Source of the DNA: Malacoraja senta
Taxonomy: Eukaryota
Direction: 5' to 3'
NCBI GenBank assembly: GCA_038087875.1
Contig: JAXLNO010000318.1
Span: 1-60,957, forward strand
DNA length: 60,957 nt
The notes under the pieces were generated by a model. The model worked only from the letters and a program-made list of their open reading frames with translations. It searched no databases and was not told the DNA's origin. This document shows positions 35,280-48,324 of this stretch, piece after piece (the first letter of the stretch is position 1; each line of letters opens with the position of its first letter). The position numbers were made by a program, and so were the translations under genes.

Positions 35280-37925
35280 CATGTTTTGATAAGGAGAACA
35301 CTGATGTGCCTTTCCGAGCCCCCATTCGCCATGATAGTATTTCGGTCACAGTCAGAGTGGCCGACGTCAGAAGATCCTTCAGAGGGGTGAAGCCTCGGAA
35401 GGCGCGTGGACCTGATGGTATACCCGGGCGTGTTTTAAAAACCTGTGCGGACCAACTGGCTGTAGTTTTTACGAACATTTTTAACCTCTCACTTCTGAGG
35501 TCTGAGCCCACCTGCTTTAAAAGGGCATCAATAATATCGGTGCCCAAGAAGAGCAAGGTGATGTGCTTCAATGACTATCGACCAGTGGCACTAACGTCTG
35601 TGGTGATGAAGTGCTTTGAGAGGCTGATCATGGCGCAAATCAACTCATACCTCGACAAAAACCTGGATCCACTGCAGTTCGCTTACTGCCACAACAGTAA
35701 GCGAACCATTCCTTCCATTGCTACGCAGACGATACACAACTCTATCTCCCCCTGAAGCCCAAAAACCAATCAAATCTGCTTAAACTTACCCACTGCCTCG
35801 AGGATATAAAGTGTTGGATGGCCCAGAACTTCCTCCAACTAAACGAGAGTAAGTGTGAGGTTATCCTTCTCGGCCCCTCGGACTCAATCAAAATGATAGC
35901 AGGCAGCCTTGGAAGCCTTACCCCACTACTCAAACCTCACGTCAAAAACCTTGCCGTGATATTTGACTCAGCACTGAATTTGACAAACAAGTCAATGCCG
36001 TGGTAAAAGCTAGCTTCTTTCAGCTTCGGACGATAGCTAAAATAAAACAATTCCTCCAGTTTGATGACCTCGAAAAGATCCACATATTCATCTCCTCCTG
36101 CCTAGATTACTGCAACTCCCTTTACACTGGCATCAGCCAATCTTCCCTGTCCCGCCTGCAACTGGTCCAAAATGCCGCAGCGAGACTCCTGACGGGCACC
36201 CGAAAAAGGGACCACATCACCCCGATCCTGGCCTCTCTCCACTGGCTCCCTGTGCGGTTCCGTATAAACTTCAAGATCCTCCTCCATGTCTACAAAGCCC
36301 TCAATGGGCTTGCCCCCACCTACATAAAAAGTCTTCTCACCCACCTCTCCACCTCCAGGCCCCTCAGATCGGCAGACTTGGGGTTGCTGAATATCCCACG
36401 GTCTAGGCATAAGCTCAGGGGTGACCGCGCCTTTGCGGTTGCAGCCCCTAGACTGTGGAACAGCATCCCCTTTCCCATCAGAACTGCCCCCTCCATCGAC
36501 TCTTTTTAAAAAAGTCAAGACTAAAGACTTATCTATACTCCCAAGCCTTTCTTGACGTCCTCTGAGGGCTACATGTATATATGTATGTAGTTTGTTTTGT
36601 TTGTGCCATCCTTATAACAAATGTAAAGCACTTTGACAACGAGAGATGTTTTTTAAATGTGCTATTTAAATAAATGTGACTTGACTTGACTTGACAACAG
36701 ATCAATGGTGGATGCGATCTCACTGGCTCGCCACACCGCTCTGGACCACTTGGACAACAAAAACTCATATGTCAGGCTATTATTCATTGACTACAGCTCG
36801 GCATTTAACACCATCATCCCCGCCAAGCTGGTTACCAAGCTCTCAGATCTGGGTCTCTGTGCATCCCTCTGCATTTGGATCCTCGATTCCTTATTCACAG
36901 ACCACAGTCTGTCTGTATTGGTGAAAATGTGTCATCCTCGATAACAATCAGCACGGGAACACCTCAAGGCTGCGTGCTCAGCCCCCTGCTGTACTCACTC
37001 TATACTTATCACTGCGTAGCCGGACATAGTGCGAACTCCATCAGTATGTTCACCGCGATACCACTGTTGTATGACGTTTCGCTGATGGGGACGAGTCAGA
37101 GTATAGAAGTGAGATCGACCGATTGACCAAATGGTGCCAGCACAATAACCTGGCTCTTAACACCAGCAAAACCAAGAAACTGATTGTGGACTTTGGAAGG
37201 GGTAGGATGGGGACCCACAGTCCCGTTTATATCAATGGGTCGATGGTGGAAAGGGTCAAGAACCTCAAATTCCTTGGCGTGCATATTTCCGAAGATCTCT
37301 CCTGGTCCTAGAACACTGATGCAATCATAAAGAAAGCACATCAGCACCTCTACTTCCTGAGAAGATTACGGAGAGTCAGAATGTCAAGGAGGACTCTCTC
37401 GAATTTCTGCAGCTGCACAGTAGAGAGCATGCTGACCAGTTGCTTTGTGGCTTGGTACGGCAACCTGAGCATCCAGCAGCGGAAAAGGCTGCAAAAAGTT
37501 GTAAACACTGCCCAGTCCATCATCGGCTCTGACCTCCCTACCATCGAGGGGATCTATTGCAGTCGCTGCCTCAAAAAGGCTGCCAGCATCATCAAGGACC
37601 GACACCATCCTGGCAACACACTCATCTCTCCGCTGCCTTCAGGTTGAAGGTACAGGAGCCTGAAATCTGCAACATCCAGGTTCAGGAACAGTTTCTTCCC
37701 CACAGCCATCAGACAATTAAACACAGCTTCAAACAAACTCTGAACTATAACAGCCTCTTGCACTTTATCTGTTTATCTTTGTGTGTATATATATATTCTA
37801 TGGTATATGGACACACTGAACTGTTCTGTGTTTATGCCTACATTATTCTGTTGTGCTGCAGCAAGCAAGAATTCCATTGTCCTATCTGGGACACATGACA
37901 ATAAACTCTCTTGAGTCTTGACTTG
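35280..37925 (+). mobile_element. Rex1/Babar-clade LINE RT region and 3' end, split by an L2 insertion
   Basis: KARGPDGIPG..NDYRPVALTSVVMKCFE..LDPLQFAY, resuming at 36701 with [32 protein letters not shown] and KFLGVHIS. (CTTGA)n tail. Confidence 0.9.
35698..36693 (+). mobile_element. L2-clade LINE 3' part nested in Rex1
   Basis: 7-bp TSD ACAACAG (35691-35697, 36694-36700). Motifs YADDTQ, LDYCNSL, LQLVQNAAARL, HITPILASLHWLPV and AAPRLWNS. (GACTT)n tail. Confidence 0.92.
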
Positions 37926-38795
37926 AGAAAGATCAGTGTGGGAATGGAAAGGGGAATTAAATTGTTTGGAAACCAGGAGATTTGGTAGGCCCAGGCAGAC
38001 TGAGCGAAGGTGTTCAGTGAAACGATTACCGATCCTGCGCTTGGTCTCACATATATACAGGTGTCCACACCTGGAACAGCGGTTACAGTAGATGAGGTTG
38101 GAGAAGGCACAAGTGAACCTCTGCCTCACCTGAAAAGACAGTTGGGATCCACGGACGGAGTCAAGGGAGGAGGTACAGGGACAGGTGTTGCATCTCCTGC
38201 GATTGCAGGGTAAGTACCTGGGGAGGGGTGTGGTTTGGTTAGGAAGGGACGAGTTAACCAGGGAGCTGTGGAGGGAACGGTCTCTACGGAAAGGGGTGGA
38301 AATGGGAAGATGTGGCTCATGGTGGGATCCCGTTGGAGGTGGCGAATATGTTGGAGGATTATGTGCTGTATGTGACGGCCGACGGGATAATAGGTGAGGA
38401 CTAGGGGAACTCTGTCCCTGTCGCAACTGGGGAGAGGGGGGCACAAGAGCGGAGCTGTGGGATATTGAGGAGACCCTAGTGATGTCCTCATCGATGATGG
38501 AAGAGGGGAACTCCCGTTACTTAAAGAATGAGGACATCTCAGATGTCCTGGTATGGAACACCTCATCTTGTGTGCAGATGTGGCATAGACGGAAGAATTG
38601 GGAGTAGGGGATAGAGTCTGCAGGAGGCAGGGTGGGAAGAAGTGGAGTCTAGATAGATGTGGGAGTCAGTACTTTTATAATAGATGTCAGTCGATAGTCT
38701 ATCTCCTGTGATGGAGACGGTGAGATCAAGAAACAGTAGGGAGATGTCGGAGATGGTCCAAGTGAATTTGAGTGCAGGATGGAAATTAGTAATTA
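37926..38795 (-). mobile_element. Penelope-like element fragment (RT C-terminus, linker, GIY-YIG endonuclease)
   Basis: NFHPALKFT..FLDLTV..TDIYYKSTDSHIYL, and CNRRRCNTC..NLIYCNRCSRCGHLYICETKRRIGNRFTEH. Confidence 0.9.
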
Positions 38796-39461
38796 AGTTA
38801 ATTCTCCACATGATCGGATTTTTTAATTCAGGATAACAAAAATATATTGACAAAACAAAAAGTGCAAAAACTCTTCCAACATTCTGGTGTTTATACATTC
38901 ATTCGGGTTATATTCTGTAGTGTTTGCAAACTATCCTTATACCAAGCACCCTTTCCACCCATGTGGGCCCCTGGGTTGATATCCCTTCCCTTGTTTGAGG
39001 GGTGTCTCAACTAGATCATGCCCCCCCCCCCCTCCAATGTACCACCTCAGAAGGAACCTAGGCTGTGGTCCCTCCCCACAGAGCCTTGGAATTGGCTGCA
39101 CCAAGGTTCAGCAAGTCCTCAGCACATACTCCTGCAATCTGGAATTGGCAAGTTAGCAACATTCTCTGATGGACATCTTGCTCTGCTGGGAGATCAAAAA
39201 ATGTTGGGCTAACCAAGGAGTTTCTTGCACTAAGTTCATGATTTCCAGCGGCAGTTGATGTCCATCTCCGAATGATGATGTCCATCTCCTGGGAGCACTC
39301 TGTAAATTAGAGATTCCTCTGTTATGGAGCTGTTTATTATAAAATGATAACAAGTTTAAAAAATATAATATATTAATTATATTAGGTGGTCAGACCCTTA
39401 AACAGCTTAAGCAGCTTATGCTTCGCCTATGATCCGCCATGGATACTGTTGGTAAAAGTTT

Positions 39462-39725
39462 ATTTTAGTTTAGAGATACAGCGTGAAAACAGGCCCTTTG
39501 TCCCACTGAGACCATGCCAACCATCGATCACCCATATACTAATTCAGTGTTATCCCACTTTCACATTCTACACACTAGCGCCAATTTACTGAAGCCAATT
39601 TACCGACAAACCTGCACATCTTGGCAATATTGGATTCCAGAGCACCCAAAGAAAACTCACACAATCCCAGGATCAAATCTGGGTCTCTGGCGCTCTGGGG
39701 CGGCAGCTCTACCACTGAGCCACAG
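39462..39725 (-). mobile_element. V-domain SINE, degenerate
   Basis: Head and tail match the other SINE copies on the - strand. Confidence 0.7.
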
Positions 39726-40085
39726 TATAAGAAGCTATGTGCATACCGGCAACATTTTATCTACCGGTAAAATAAAAGCACTGCCTACAAGCAATTAAAG
39801 ATCAAGGTAGGATGATTTCCTCAGGCCGGGTTTCCATTGCATATGTTCACACAGTGAATTAGGTACATGTACTTGTGTCATCTTGTCAAGACACAGTAAT
39901 TCAATATTGAATAGAGAATGATGCCACTGAATACCTATCTCACATACTTCAGGCACACACGTGTAATGTGCACAGTATTGTGAAATCCAATTTGATAAAT
40001 CAAGCAAGAGGCAGCCACAAATTAGAACATTAATTGTAACCAAAGAACTAAAATCATGAAGCTATACAATCCATTGCCTGGGCCA

Positions 40086-40185
40086 CAGTCTGAAGAAGGG
40101 CTCCGATCCGAAAAGTCACATATTCCTTTTCTTCAGAGATGCTGCCTGACCCGTTGAGTCACTCCAGCATTTTGTGTCTATCTTC
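40086..40185 (+). mobile_element. Solo Penelope pLTR
   Basis: cagtctgaagaagggctccgatccgaaaagtcac..gatgctgcctgacccg..ctccagcattttgtg. Confidence 0.75.
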
Positions 40186-40374
40186 ATTACTTCTACTCAC
40201 TTTTGCCTACATGAATTTTAACACATTTTTCTTTGATGCTGCTAGAGATGTTAGCTTAAACAATAAATGCCTATATTCTGACAGATAACAGATGGGCATG
40301 TTGCTCTATTAATATAGTTGAACTCATCAATAAAATGTGGACTCATTAGAATCAGTTAATGCATTCAAATTCAT

Positions 40375-40820
40375 ATTAGTTTAGTTTGTTATTTTCACGT
40401 GTACCAAGATACTATATAAAGCTTTTGTTTGCGTGCTATCCAGTCGAAAAAATGACTATAAATGAGTAAAAATCAAGCTATTCACACTGTACAGATAAAG
40501 GATAAAAGGTACAACATTTAGTGAAAGATAAAGTCCAAAAAGTCAGATTAAAGATAGTTCAATGTTTCCAATGAGGTAGATAGGTGGTCAGGACCGCACT
40601 CTAGCTGATGAGAGAACCATTCAGTTGCCTGATAACAGTTGGGAAGAAACTGTCCCTGAATCTGGAGATGTGCATTTACAAAATTCTGTACTTTTTGCAT
40701 CATGGGAGAGAAGAGAAGAGGGAGTGACCGGTGTGAGACTGGTCCTTGATGATGCTGGCGGTCTTGGCAGCGTAAAGTGTAGATAGAGTCAATGGGAGGT
40801 TGGTTTGAGTGATGTATATA
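40375..40820 (-). mobile_element. Rex1/Babar-type 3' fragment
   Basis: Homologous to 10310-10640 and to the reverse complement of 37540-37720. Confidence 0.75.
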
Positions 40821-41419
40821 CGATGCATATATAAGACCATAATTAACAGATTTTAGACAACACATTCAATACAATAAACAAGTTACAGATTAAAGGTGTA
40901 TGCATGTTAGTCTCTATGTATACAGTTTAATATTCATACCCAGACACCGCGTTACCCAGGTTGGATTATCATGAATTGCCACTTATTCACTGTCACAGGG
41001 GCAAATCAGCCATGATCACATTGAATGGCGGTGCTGGCTTGAAGGGCCGAATGGCCTACTCCTGCACCTATTGTCTATTGTATATTGTAACATCTTGGAA
41101 CTCTCTCCCCAACAGCATTTAGTGCATACCGCACCTAAAGGGCTGCAGCAGGTCAGAAGACAGCTAACTGCCACATTCTCAAGGGCAATTGGTGATTTTG
41201 CAATTAATTACCAGCCCAGAAATGGATAATAAAAATAAATTAAAAGGTAAGACATGTTGGAGCTTCTGTTTGGTGAATCTTTAAAAGTGTAGGACATATT
41301 GATAAAGCAATAAAATAAAAATGTGAGTACAAAAAAGCAAAACAAGGCTAGACTAAACCAATGTAATTATATTTGAAGTTGCAATTCAATTATAAATTGT
41401 GATATACTGTGATTTGATG

Positions 41420-42120
41420 TAGTCATAGTCATAGAGACATAGAGACATACAACACTCAATCTGGCCCTTTGACCCAACTCGTCCATTCTGACCAAGACAC
41501 CCCATTTGCCCTGATTTCGCCCATATTGCTCTAAATCTGTCCTACCCTTGTACCTGTGCCATGTTTTTTAATGCTAGTATACTATAGTGAAAAGATTGCC
41601 CCACAGATTTCTAGCAAATCTTGCCTTCCTCGCCTTAATTCTAAGCTCTCTGGTTCTTGATTCCTCTGGACTCTGTGCATTAATTGTATCTATTTCCCTG
41701 AAGATTTTATACATCTTTTTAAGATTATCTCGCAGTGTCCCACAGCTTCTTGCGCTCCTGAAATAAAGTCCTAGCATGCTCAAACTCTTCCTACAGCTCA
41801 GCTCCTTGAGCCCTGGCAAAATCCTCTTAAACCTTCTCTGAACTCTTTCCAGCTTAATAATACCATTCCTATTGCAAGGTGATCAAACCTGAACACAATA
41901 CTCCAAATGCTTTCTCACCAATGTCTTGTTCAACTGTAAGATAACGTTCCAACTTTTGTACTCCATACCCTGACTGATAAAGACAAATGTACTAAAAGCC
42001 TTCTTTACCACTCTATCTCCCTGATTCCACTTTCAGGAAGCTGTGCATCTGCACTCCTAGATCCATCAGATCCATCTGCTCTACTACATTAACAGAGAAT
42101 GGCCTTACCATTCTCCGTTA
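41420..42120 (-). mobile_element. Old CR1 3' fragment
   Basis: ORF 41574-41819(-) is a degenerate CR1 C-terminus. (CATAGAGA)n tail on the + strand. Confidence 0.75.
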
Positions 42121-43711
42121 AGATCCTCATTCAAATGAATATATCATATTACTGAATAACTACTTATTGCAGTATTCGTACTTGGGGAAAGGTATTTGCA
42201 TTGTAATGTATAGTGCATTAATTAGAACAAAGAGTGAAGAGTCATTGTGTGAAATTGAATCCAGGTCTCTGACACTGGACAGCTCCCAGCGCCTTACTAT
42301 TAAGAACTCATTACACTCACCAAGAAGCTTAATGTTGGTGACTGCAGCCATTAAGCAATTTCATCTCATGCTAACACCCTCAAGTATCATACAATATTAA
42401 AAAGCTGTAAAAATGCAAGTTATTATTGTTAATCTAACAGCAGAGTCCTGCTAAATAAAGAGGTAAAAAAAACATTTGTAATTGTAGATGAATTAGGAAC
42501 AGTGGAATGTTATTTTGTGTTGTTAGCAAGAATTTCTCCTGCTATTTTTAATGCAAAGGATTGTTTCCTCCATCAGCATGGATGCTGCATTCATAATTAT
42601 TTTTCAAAGGAAAGGTTCATGGGTTTGGTCGTTTGGAGAGTTAGGTTGCAGTGCAATGGTTAACTAGGTGTTGTGGGAGTAGAGAAAAGTTACAACTTTG
42701 ATGCCTTTGTCTGAATTGACAAGCGAGCCGCAGAGACCAAGCATGGACACGAATACACAGCCAGCCCCTGCCTGTTGGGAGAGCAGCAGTAACCCACAGG
42801 TTGTCAAGGACATGGAGAGTGTCACGTCAAGGCAGAGTTGAACAATCTTGAAGCTATTTCCATTTGTTAACATACAGCAACACAAGTGAAAATTAAATTT
42901 TATGATTTTGCAATGTTTATTCCGAAGGCATGAAGCTAGATTCTGGAATGGTAACAGCTGCAATTGCATTTCCTCCACTTGGGACATTGTTGAACATCTG
43001 GCTATTTTTTCCTCCAGAAAAGTATGATGGTTTATATCTATTACCTTTAATAAAAGACACATTTATTTAAAGAAATGTCCAGTTTATCTATTTCCCAAGT
43101 ATCAATGGCATTGGAAAGCACTTTGGGTTCGTGACTCATGTATTCCAATTGTGCAGTACAGGCAGGGGAGCACCTTAAGTTCAATATGTACCTTAGCCTG
43201 GGCTCAGTAGAACAAAAGGTTTTAAATTGCCAATATAAAAAGGGAGCAATTGGAAAGAACAATGCTTTTTATACTTAGGATCCAGAATGTGAGGGGCAGG
43301 AAATATATATTTCTGAAATGTGCTGTTACTGAAAGGGAATTACACTAATTAGACTGCCTACACTTTGCTTAACATTTCTATGGGTAACTTGCTTTTTAAT
43401 GCCAAATTGTGCTCAACTAAGAGTGTCTAAAATTATTTTATTTTCAGCCGTGAGTATATTCTTGTTGCATCCATCATTGTTTTAAGCTGACTTGTTCCTG
43501 CTTAATACTTGGATGGGAAAATCATCTAATATTTCAGAATGTATAGTGTTACTGACAGAGGAGACAGATAGAATCATAGAGTCATACAGCACAAAAACAG
43601 GACATTTGGCAGATTCATCCACACTGGCCAAGACCTCATTATGGGGTGTGTTGTTATGGGTGCTGAATTGTTACAAATCTAAGATCATTGCGTACACAAA
43701 CACTAGTGGCA

Positions 43712-44285
43712 AGCAGTCTTTCCAGGTGAGGTAGAGGTTCACCTGCACCTCCTCCAACCTCATCTATTGCATCCGCTGTTCTAGGTGTCAACTGCTCTAC
43801 ATCGGTGAGACAAAGCGTAGGCTTAGCGATCGCTTCGCTCAACACCTCTGCTCAGTTCACAATAACCAACTTGATCTCCCGGTGGCTCAGCACTTCAACT
43901 CCCCCTCCCATTCTGAATCTGACCTTTCTGTCCTGGGCCTCCTCCATGGCCAGAGTGAGTCCCACTGCAAATTGGAGGAGTAGCACCTCATATTTTGCTT
44001 GGGCAGTTTGCACCCCAGTGGCATGAACATTGACCTCCAATTTCATGTAGTCCTTGCTTTCTCCCTCCTTCCCCTCCCCTTCCCAGCTCTCCCACAGCCT
44101 ACTGTCTCATCTTCTTCCTTTCTTCTTCCCGCCCCACCCCCACCCCCACATCAGTCTGAAGAAGGGTCTCGACCCGAAACGTCATCTAATCTTTTGCTCC
44201 ATAGATGCTGCCTCACCCGCTGAGTTTCTCCAGCATTTTTGACTACCTTAGATTTTTCCAACATCTGCAGTTCTTTCTTAAACAT
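43712..44285 (+). mobile_element. Penelope-like insertion (GIY-YIG domain plus pLTR with hammerhead-like core)
   Basis: 12-bp TSD ACACTAGTGGCA (43700-43711, 44286-44297). Translates to NLIYCIRCSRCQLLYIGETKRRLSDRFAQH..VAQHFN. Confidence 0.92.
44156..44183 (+). ncRNA. Putative minimal type-I hammerhead ribozyme core
   Basis: CUGAAGA-A, helix II GGGU-CUCG-ACCC, GAAAC and a GUC triplet, within a Penelope pLTR. Helix I is weak and activity is unproven. Confidence 0.55.
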
Positions 44286-45099
44286 ACACTAGTGGCAGTT
44301 GTTGCACTGAATGTCAAGTTGTAAGCGCATTATTTTACATGGACTGCATGCCCACCAATCCATTCAGAACAGGTAGCTTGTGACAACTGTGATTGTGCAA
44401 TGGTGATTGAGACAAGGACTGGCCATTTTTGGAATGCAGCCTACTTATTGAGACCCTATTTTTGAATATACATCAGCAGCAAGAACATCCTCCCTCCAGC
44501 ATTATGTAAAGGATTCATAAGCTACCTATAGGGTACTGATTGCTGCATATAGTTAGTGAGTTTAGGATAGTTTCAGGTTGATAGCTCATAGAGCATTGTC
44601 TCAGAATCAAGGACATCACATCACATAACAATCACATTCTTGGCCCTCCCCACTTTCATGGAATGAACGTAAATAATTATTTTCTCTGTCAAAACAGAAA
44701 ACACCAAACTAGTGGAAGGATTTGAGCAGTATTAAGGCTGGTGTAAGCAGAAGGACCGATGTCCATCTGAAAGTAAAATGTTTATTGAGATGTTGAGTGC
44801 TTTGTTATGACAGAGCTCAGATCTGAACTTATATCCCTCTTTAGTGTAGTGTACAGGCTATTTAAACCATGGTTGATGTACTATTTTTAAAACCATTTGC
44901 GGACTATTTATTTTGCGTTTTTTCTCATTCTGTGTGAAATACTGAGCAGTTGTTTGCATTAAAACTTATCCTAGATTGGTTTGTTATTTAATTTATTTTG
45001 TTTAATTTGTTCTGTAAAATGTGAACGGTCTCATCTTATTCAACTGCCCCCCTCTCCCCCAACCCACCCCTCTTTATTTAGTGCCATCTTGGAGTATTG

Positions 45100-47022
45100 T
45101 TGGAGTGAAATTACAAATGACTCCCAAATTAATGGGAAGGAAAGTTCGAGAAGGGATAAGAGAGTAAGGTCAGGGCCAATAGGGACCGGAGTGAGAGGGG
45201 AGGTGAATACTGAAGTCAAAGTGTTGTACATGAATGCGCGAAGTATAAGAAATAAAGTGGACGAGCTTGAGGCTCAGTTAGAAATTGGCAAGTATGATCT
45301 TGTGGGAATTACAGAGACATGGCTGCAAGAGGGCCAGGGCTGGGAACTGAATATTCAAAGGTATACCTCCTATCGAAAAGACAGACAGGAGGGCTGAGGT
45401 GTTGGGGTATCTCTGTAGGTGATGAATGAAATTCAGTCCCTTGCAAGGGGTGACATTGAAACAGGAGATGTGGAGTCAGTATGGAAAGAACTAAGGAATT
45501 GTAAGGGTAAAAATGCCCTAATGGGAGTTATCTACAGGCCCCCAAACAGTAGCCTGGATATAGGATACAAGTTGAATCCCACTTTTAAGAAAGGCGGGAG
45601 AGAGAAAACAGGCAATTATAGACCAGTTAGCATGACATCATTGGTGGGGAAGATACGGGAGTCAATCACAAAAGATGAAATAGCGACACATTTGGATAGC
45701 AGTAACAGGATCGGTCCGAGTCAGCATGGATTAACAAAGGGGAAATCATGCTTGAGTAATCTTCTGGAATTTTTTGAGGATGTAACTAGGAAAATGGACA
45801 AGGGAGAGCCAGTGGATGTAGTGAACCTGGACTTTCAGAAAGCATTTGATAAGGTCCCACATAGGAGATTAGTGGGCAAAATTAGGGCACATGGTATTGG
45901 TGGTAGAGTGCTGACATGGATAGAAAATTGGTTGGCAGACAGGAAACAAAGAGTAGGAATTAACGGGTCCCTTTCAGAATGGCAGGCAGTGACTAGTGGG
46001 GTACCGCAAGGCTCGGTGCTGGGACTGCAGCTATTTACAATATACATCAATGATTTAGATGAAGGGATTCAAAGTGACATTAGCAAATTTTCAGATGACA
46101 CAAAGCTGAGTAGCAGTGTGAACTGTGAGGAGGATGCTATGAGAATGCAGGGTGACTTGGACAGGTTGGGTGAGTGGGCAGATGCATGGCCGATGCAGTT
46201 TAATGTGGATAAATGTGAGGTTATCCACTTTGGTAGCAAAAACAGGAAGGCAGATTATTATCTAAATGGTGTCATTGGGAAAAGGGGAAGCACAACGGGA
46301 TCTGGGGGGTCCTTGTTCATCAGTCAATGAAAGTAAGCATGCAGGTACAGCAGGCAGTGAAGAAAGCGAATGGCATGTTGGCCTTCATAACAAGAGGAGC
46401 TTAGTATAGGAGCAAAGAGGTCCTTCTGCAGTTGTACAGGGCCCTAGTGAGACCACACCTGGAGTATTGTGTGCAGTTTTGGTCCCCTAATTTGAGGAAG
46501 GATATTCTTGCTATTGAGGGAGTGCAGCGTAGGTTTACAAGATTAATTCACGGGATGGCGGGACTGTCATATGCTGAGAGAATGGAGCGGCTGGGCTTGT
46601 ATACTGGAATTTAGAATGATGAGAGGGGATCTTATTGAAACATATAAGATTATTAAGTGTTTGGACACGCTAAAGGCAGGAAACATGTTCCCGATGTTGG
46701 GGGAGTCCAGAACCAGGGGCCACAGTTTAAAAATAAGGGATAAGCCATTTGGAACGGAGATGAGGAAACACTTTTCCACACAGAGAGTTGTGAGTCTGTG
46801 GAATTCTCTGCCTTAGAGGTCAGTGGAGGCCATTTCTCTGTATATTTTCAAGAGAGAGCTAGATAGGGCTCTTAAAGATAGCAGAGTCAGGGGATATGGG
46901 GAGAAGGCAGGAACGGGGTACTAATTGGGGATGATCAGCAATGATCACATTGAATGGCGGTGCTGGCTCGAAGGGCTGAATGGCCTACTCCTGCACCTAT
47001 TGTCTATTGTCTATTTTCTATT
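45100..47022 (+). mobile_element. CR1 LINE with a large internal deletion joining the APE N-terminus to RT
   Basis: ORF 45419-46330 reads ..YRPPNSSLDIGYKLN|PTFKKGGREKTGNYRPVS... (CTATTGT)n tail. Confidence 0.92.
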
Positions 47023-47419
47023 GAACTTTGTAATGTGTTTCTGAATTAGTGTTGTGTTTCCAAAATAATGGACAATGTCAGTGAACCCAAATCCAAATAT
47101 TGTCATAAAAAACAACCAATTTGGTATAAATTATTTAATAACTATTCATTGCTTTCGAACCCTGTTAATTTCTTAGTGATTTTCAAAATTTTGGCTTGGG
47201 ACTGCAAAGTTTTGAAAAATGAGTCTTTTATGTAAAGAATGATTGGAAATCTGTTGCTCTTCAAGCTCATAGCAATCTGGGGCAGTATCTCTAGGTAAAA
47301 GTGAAATCATACACTGTTTTACATTCTACCAATCATTCTTCTTCATTTATCCCCATTCTATTGCAACATTTACCTGAACCAACTTGGTTTGCCAATATCT
47401 CAGCCAATAACCAAATATC

Positions 47420-47570
47420 AGATTGCTGGAGGAACTCAGTGAGTCATGCAGCATCTGTGGAGAAAATGGAGATGTGACATTTTGGGTTGGGACCCTTTAC
47501 TCGAAAAGTCATCAGTCCATTCTCTTCACAGATGCTACCTGACCCACTGAGTTCCTCCAGCACTTTGATT
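47420..47570. repeat. Penelope pLTR-derived fold-back (inverted repeat)
   Basis: The arm TGCTGGAGGAACTCAGTG..GCATCTGTG..AATGGA pairs with TCCATT..CACAGATGC..CACTGAGTTCCTCCAGCA. Confidence 0.85.
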
Positions 47571-47614
47571 TTTGCTCAAGTGTCTGCAGTTTCTAGTGTA
47601 TCCATCTCAGTCTT

Positions 47615-47930
47615 TACTTTAGATTTTAGAGATACAGAATGGAAACAGGTCCTTTGACCTACCGATTCCCCACCAACCAGCATCACCCCATACACTAGCA
47701 CTATCCCTCACACTACACCTAGGGACAATTTACAATTCTTCTCAAACCAATTAACCTACAAACCTGTACGTCTTTGGAGTGTGGGAGGAAACCGGTGCAC
47801 CCGGAGAAAATCCACGTGGTTACAGGAAGAATGTACAAACTCCATACAGACAGCACCAGTAGACTTGATTGAACCCATGTCCCTGGCGCTGTAAGGTAGC
47901 AACTCTATCGCTGCACCACTGTTCCACCCT
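47615..47930 (-). mobile_element. V-domain SINE
   Basis: Head, V core and CR1-like tail on the - strand. Confidence 0.8.
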
Positions 47931-48324
47931 GTCAATGAGATCAATTAGATCATTGGGACAGCCTCTTCCCCTTCTGAGTCCATGCTGGCGGTTAGTTCTG
48001 GCTCAGATAATCTTACAAAAAAGACTTAATAACAACAATTATAATTTTACTTTGAATGGATGTAAGGATAATTGCACTATAGTTGCTTAGCATTAACTAT
48101 TTTCCAATCTTTTTCATACTTTCTGCTGTTGTGCTTATCTATTTTGTGATCACTATATTTTACTGCTGCAAACATTCATTGCCTTTCCTCATCATTAATC
48201 ATTTTTGAATTTTATCATCTCGTGTTCTTTTTTCAAGGAAAAACATAAATTTTGTTTTGATTTCACCTTATTTGTTAATCGTGTTTTTCTCATATATCTG
48301 GTTAACTTTAGTAGTAGCACATTT

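Noticed and set aside
42701..42841. Short ATG-initiated frame MPLSELTSEPQRPS.. in a unique island
   Set aside because: Only 46 codons, with no homology I can recognise and no convincing splice context.
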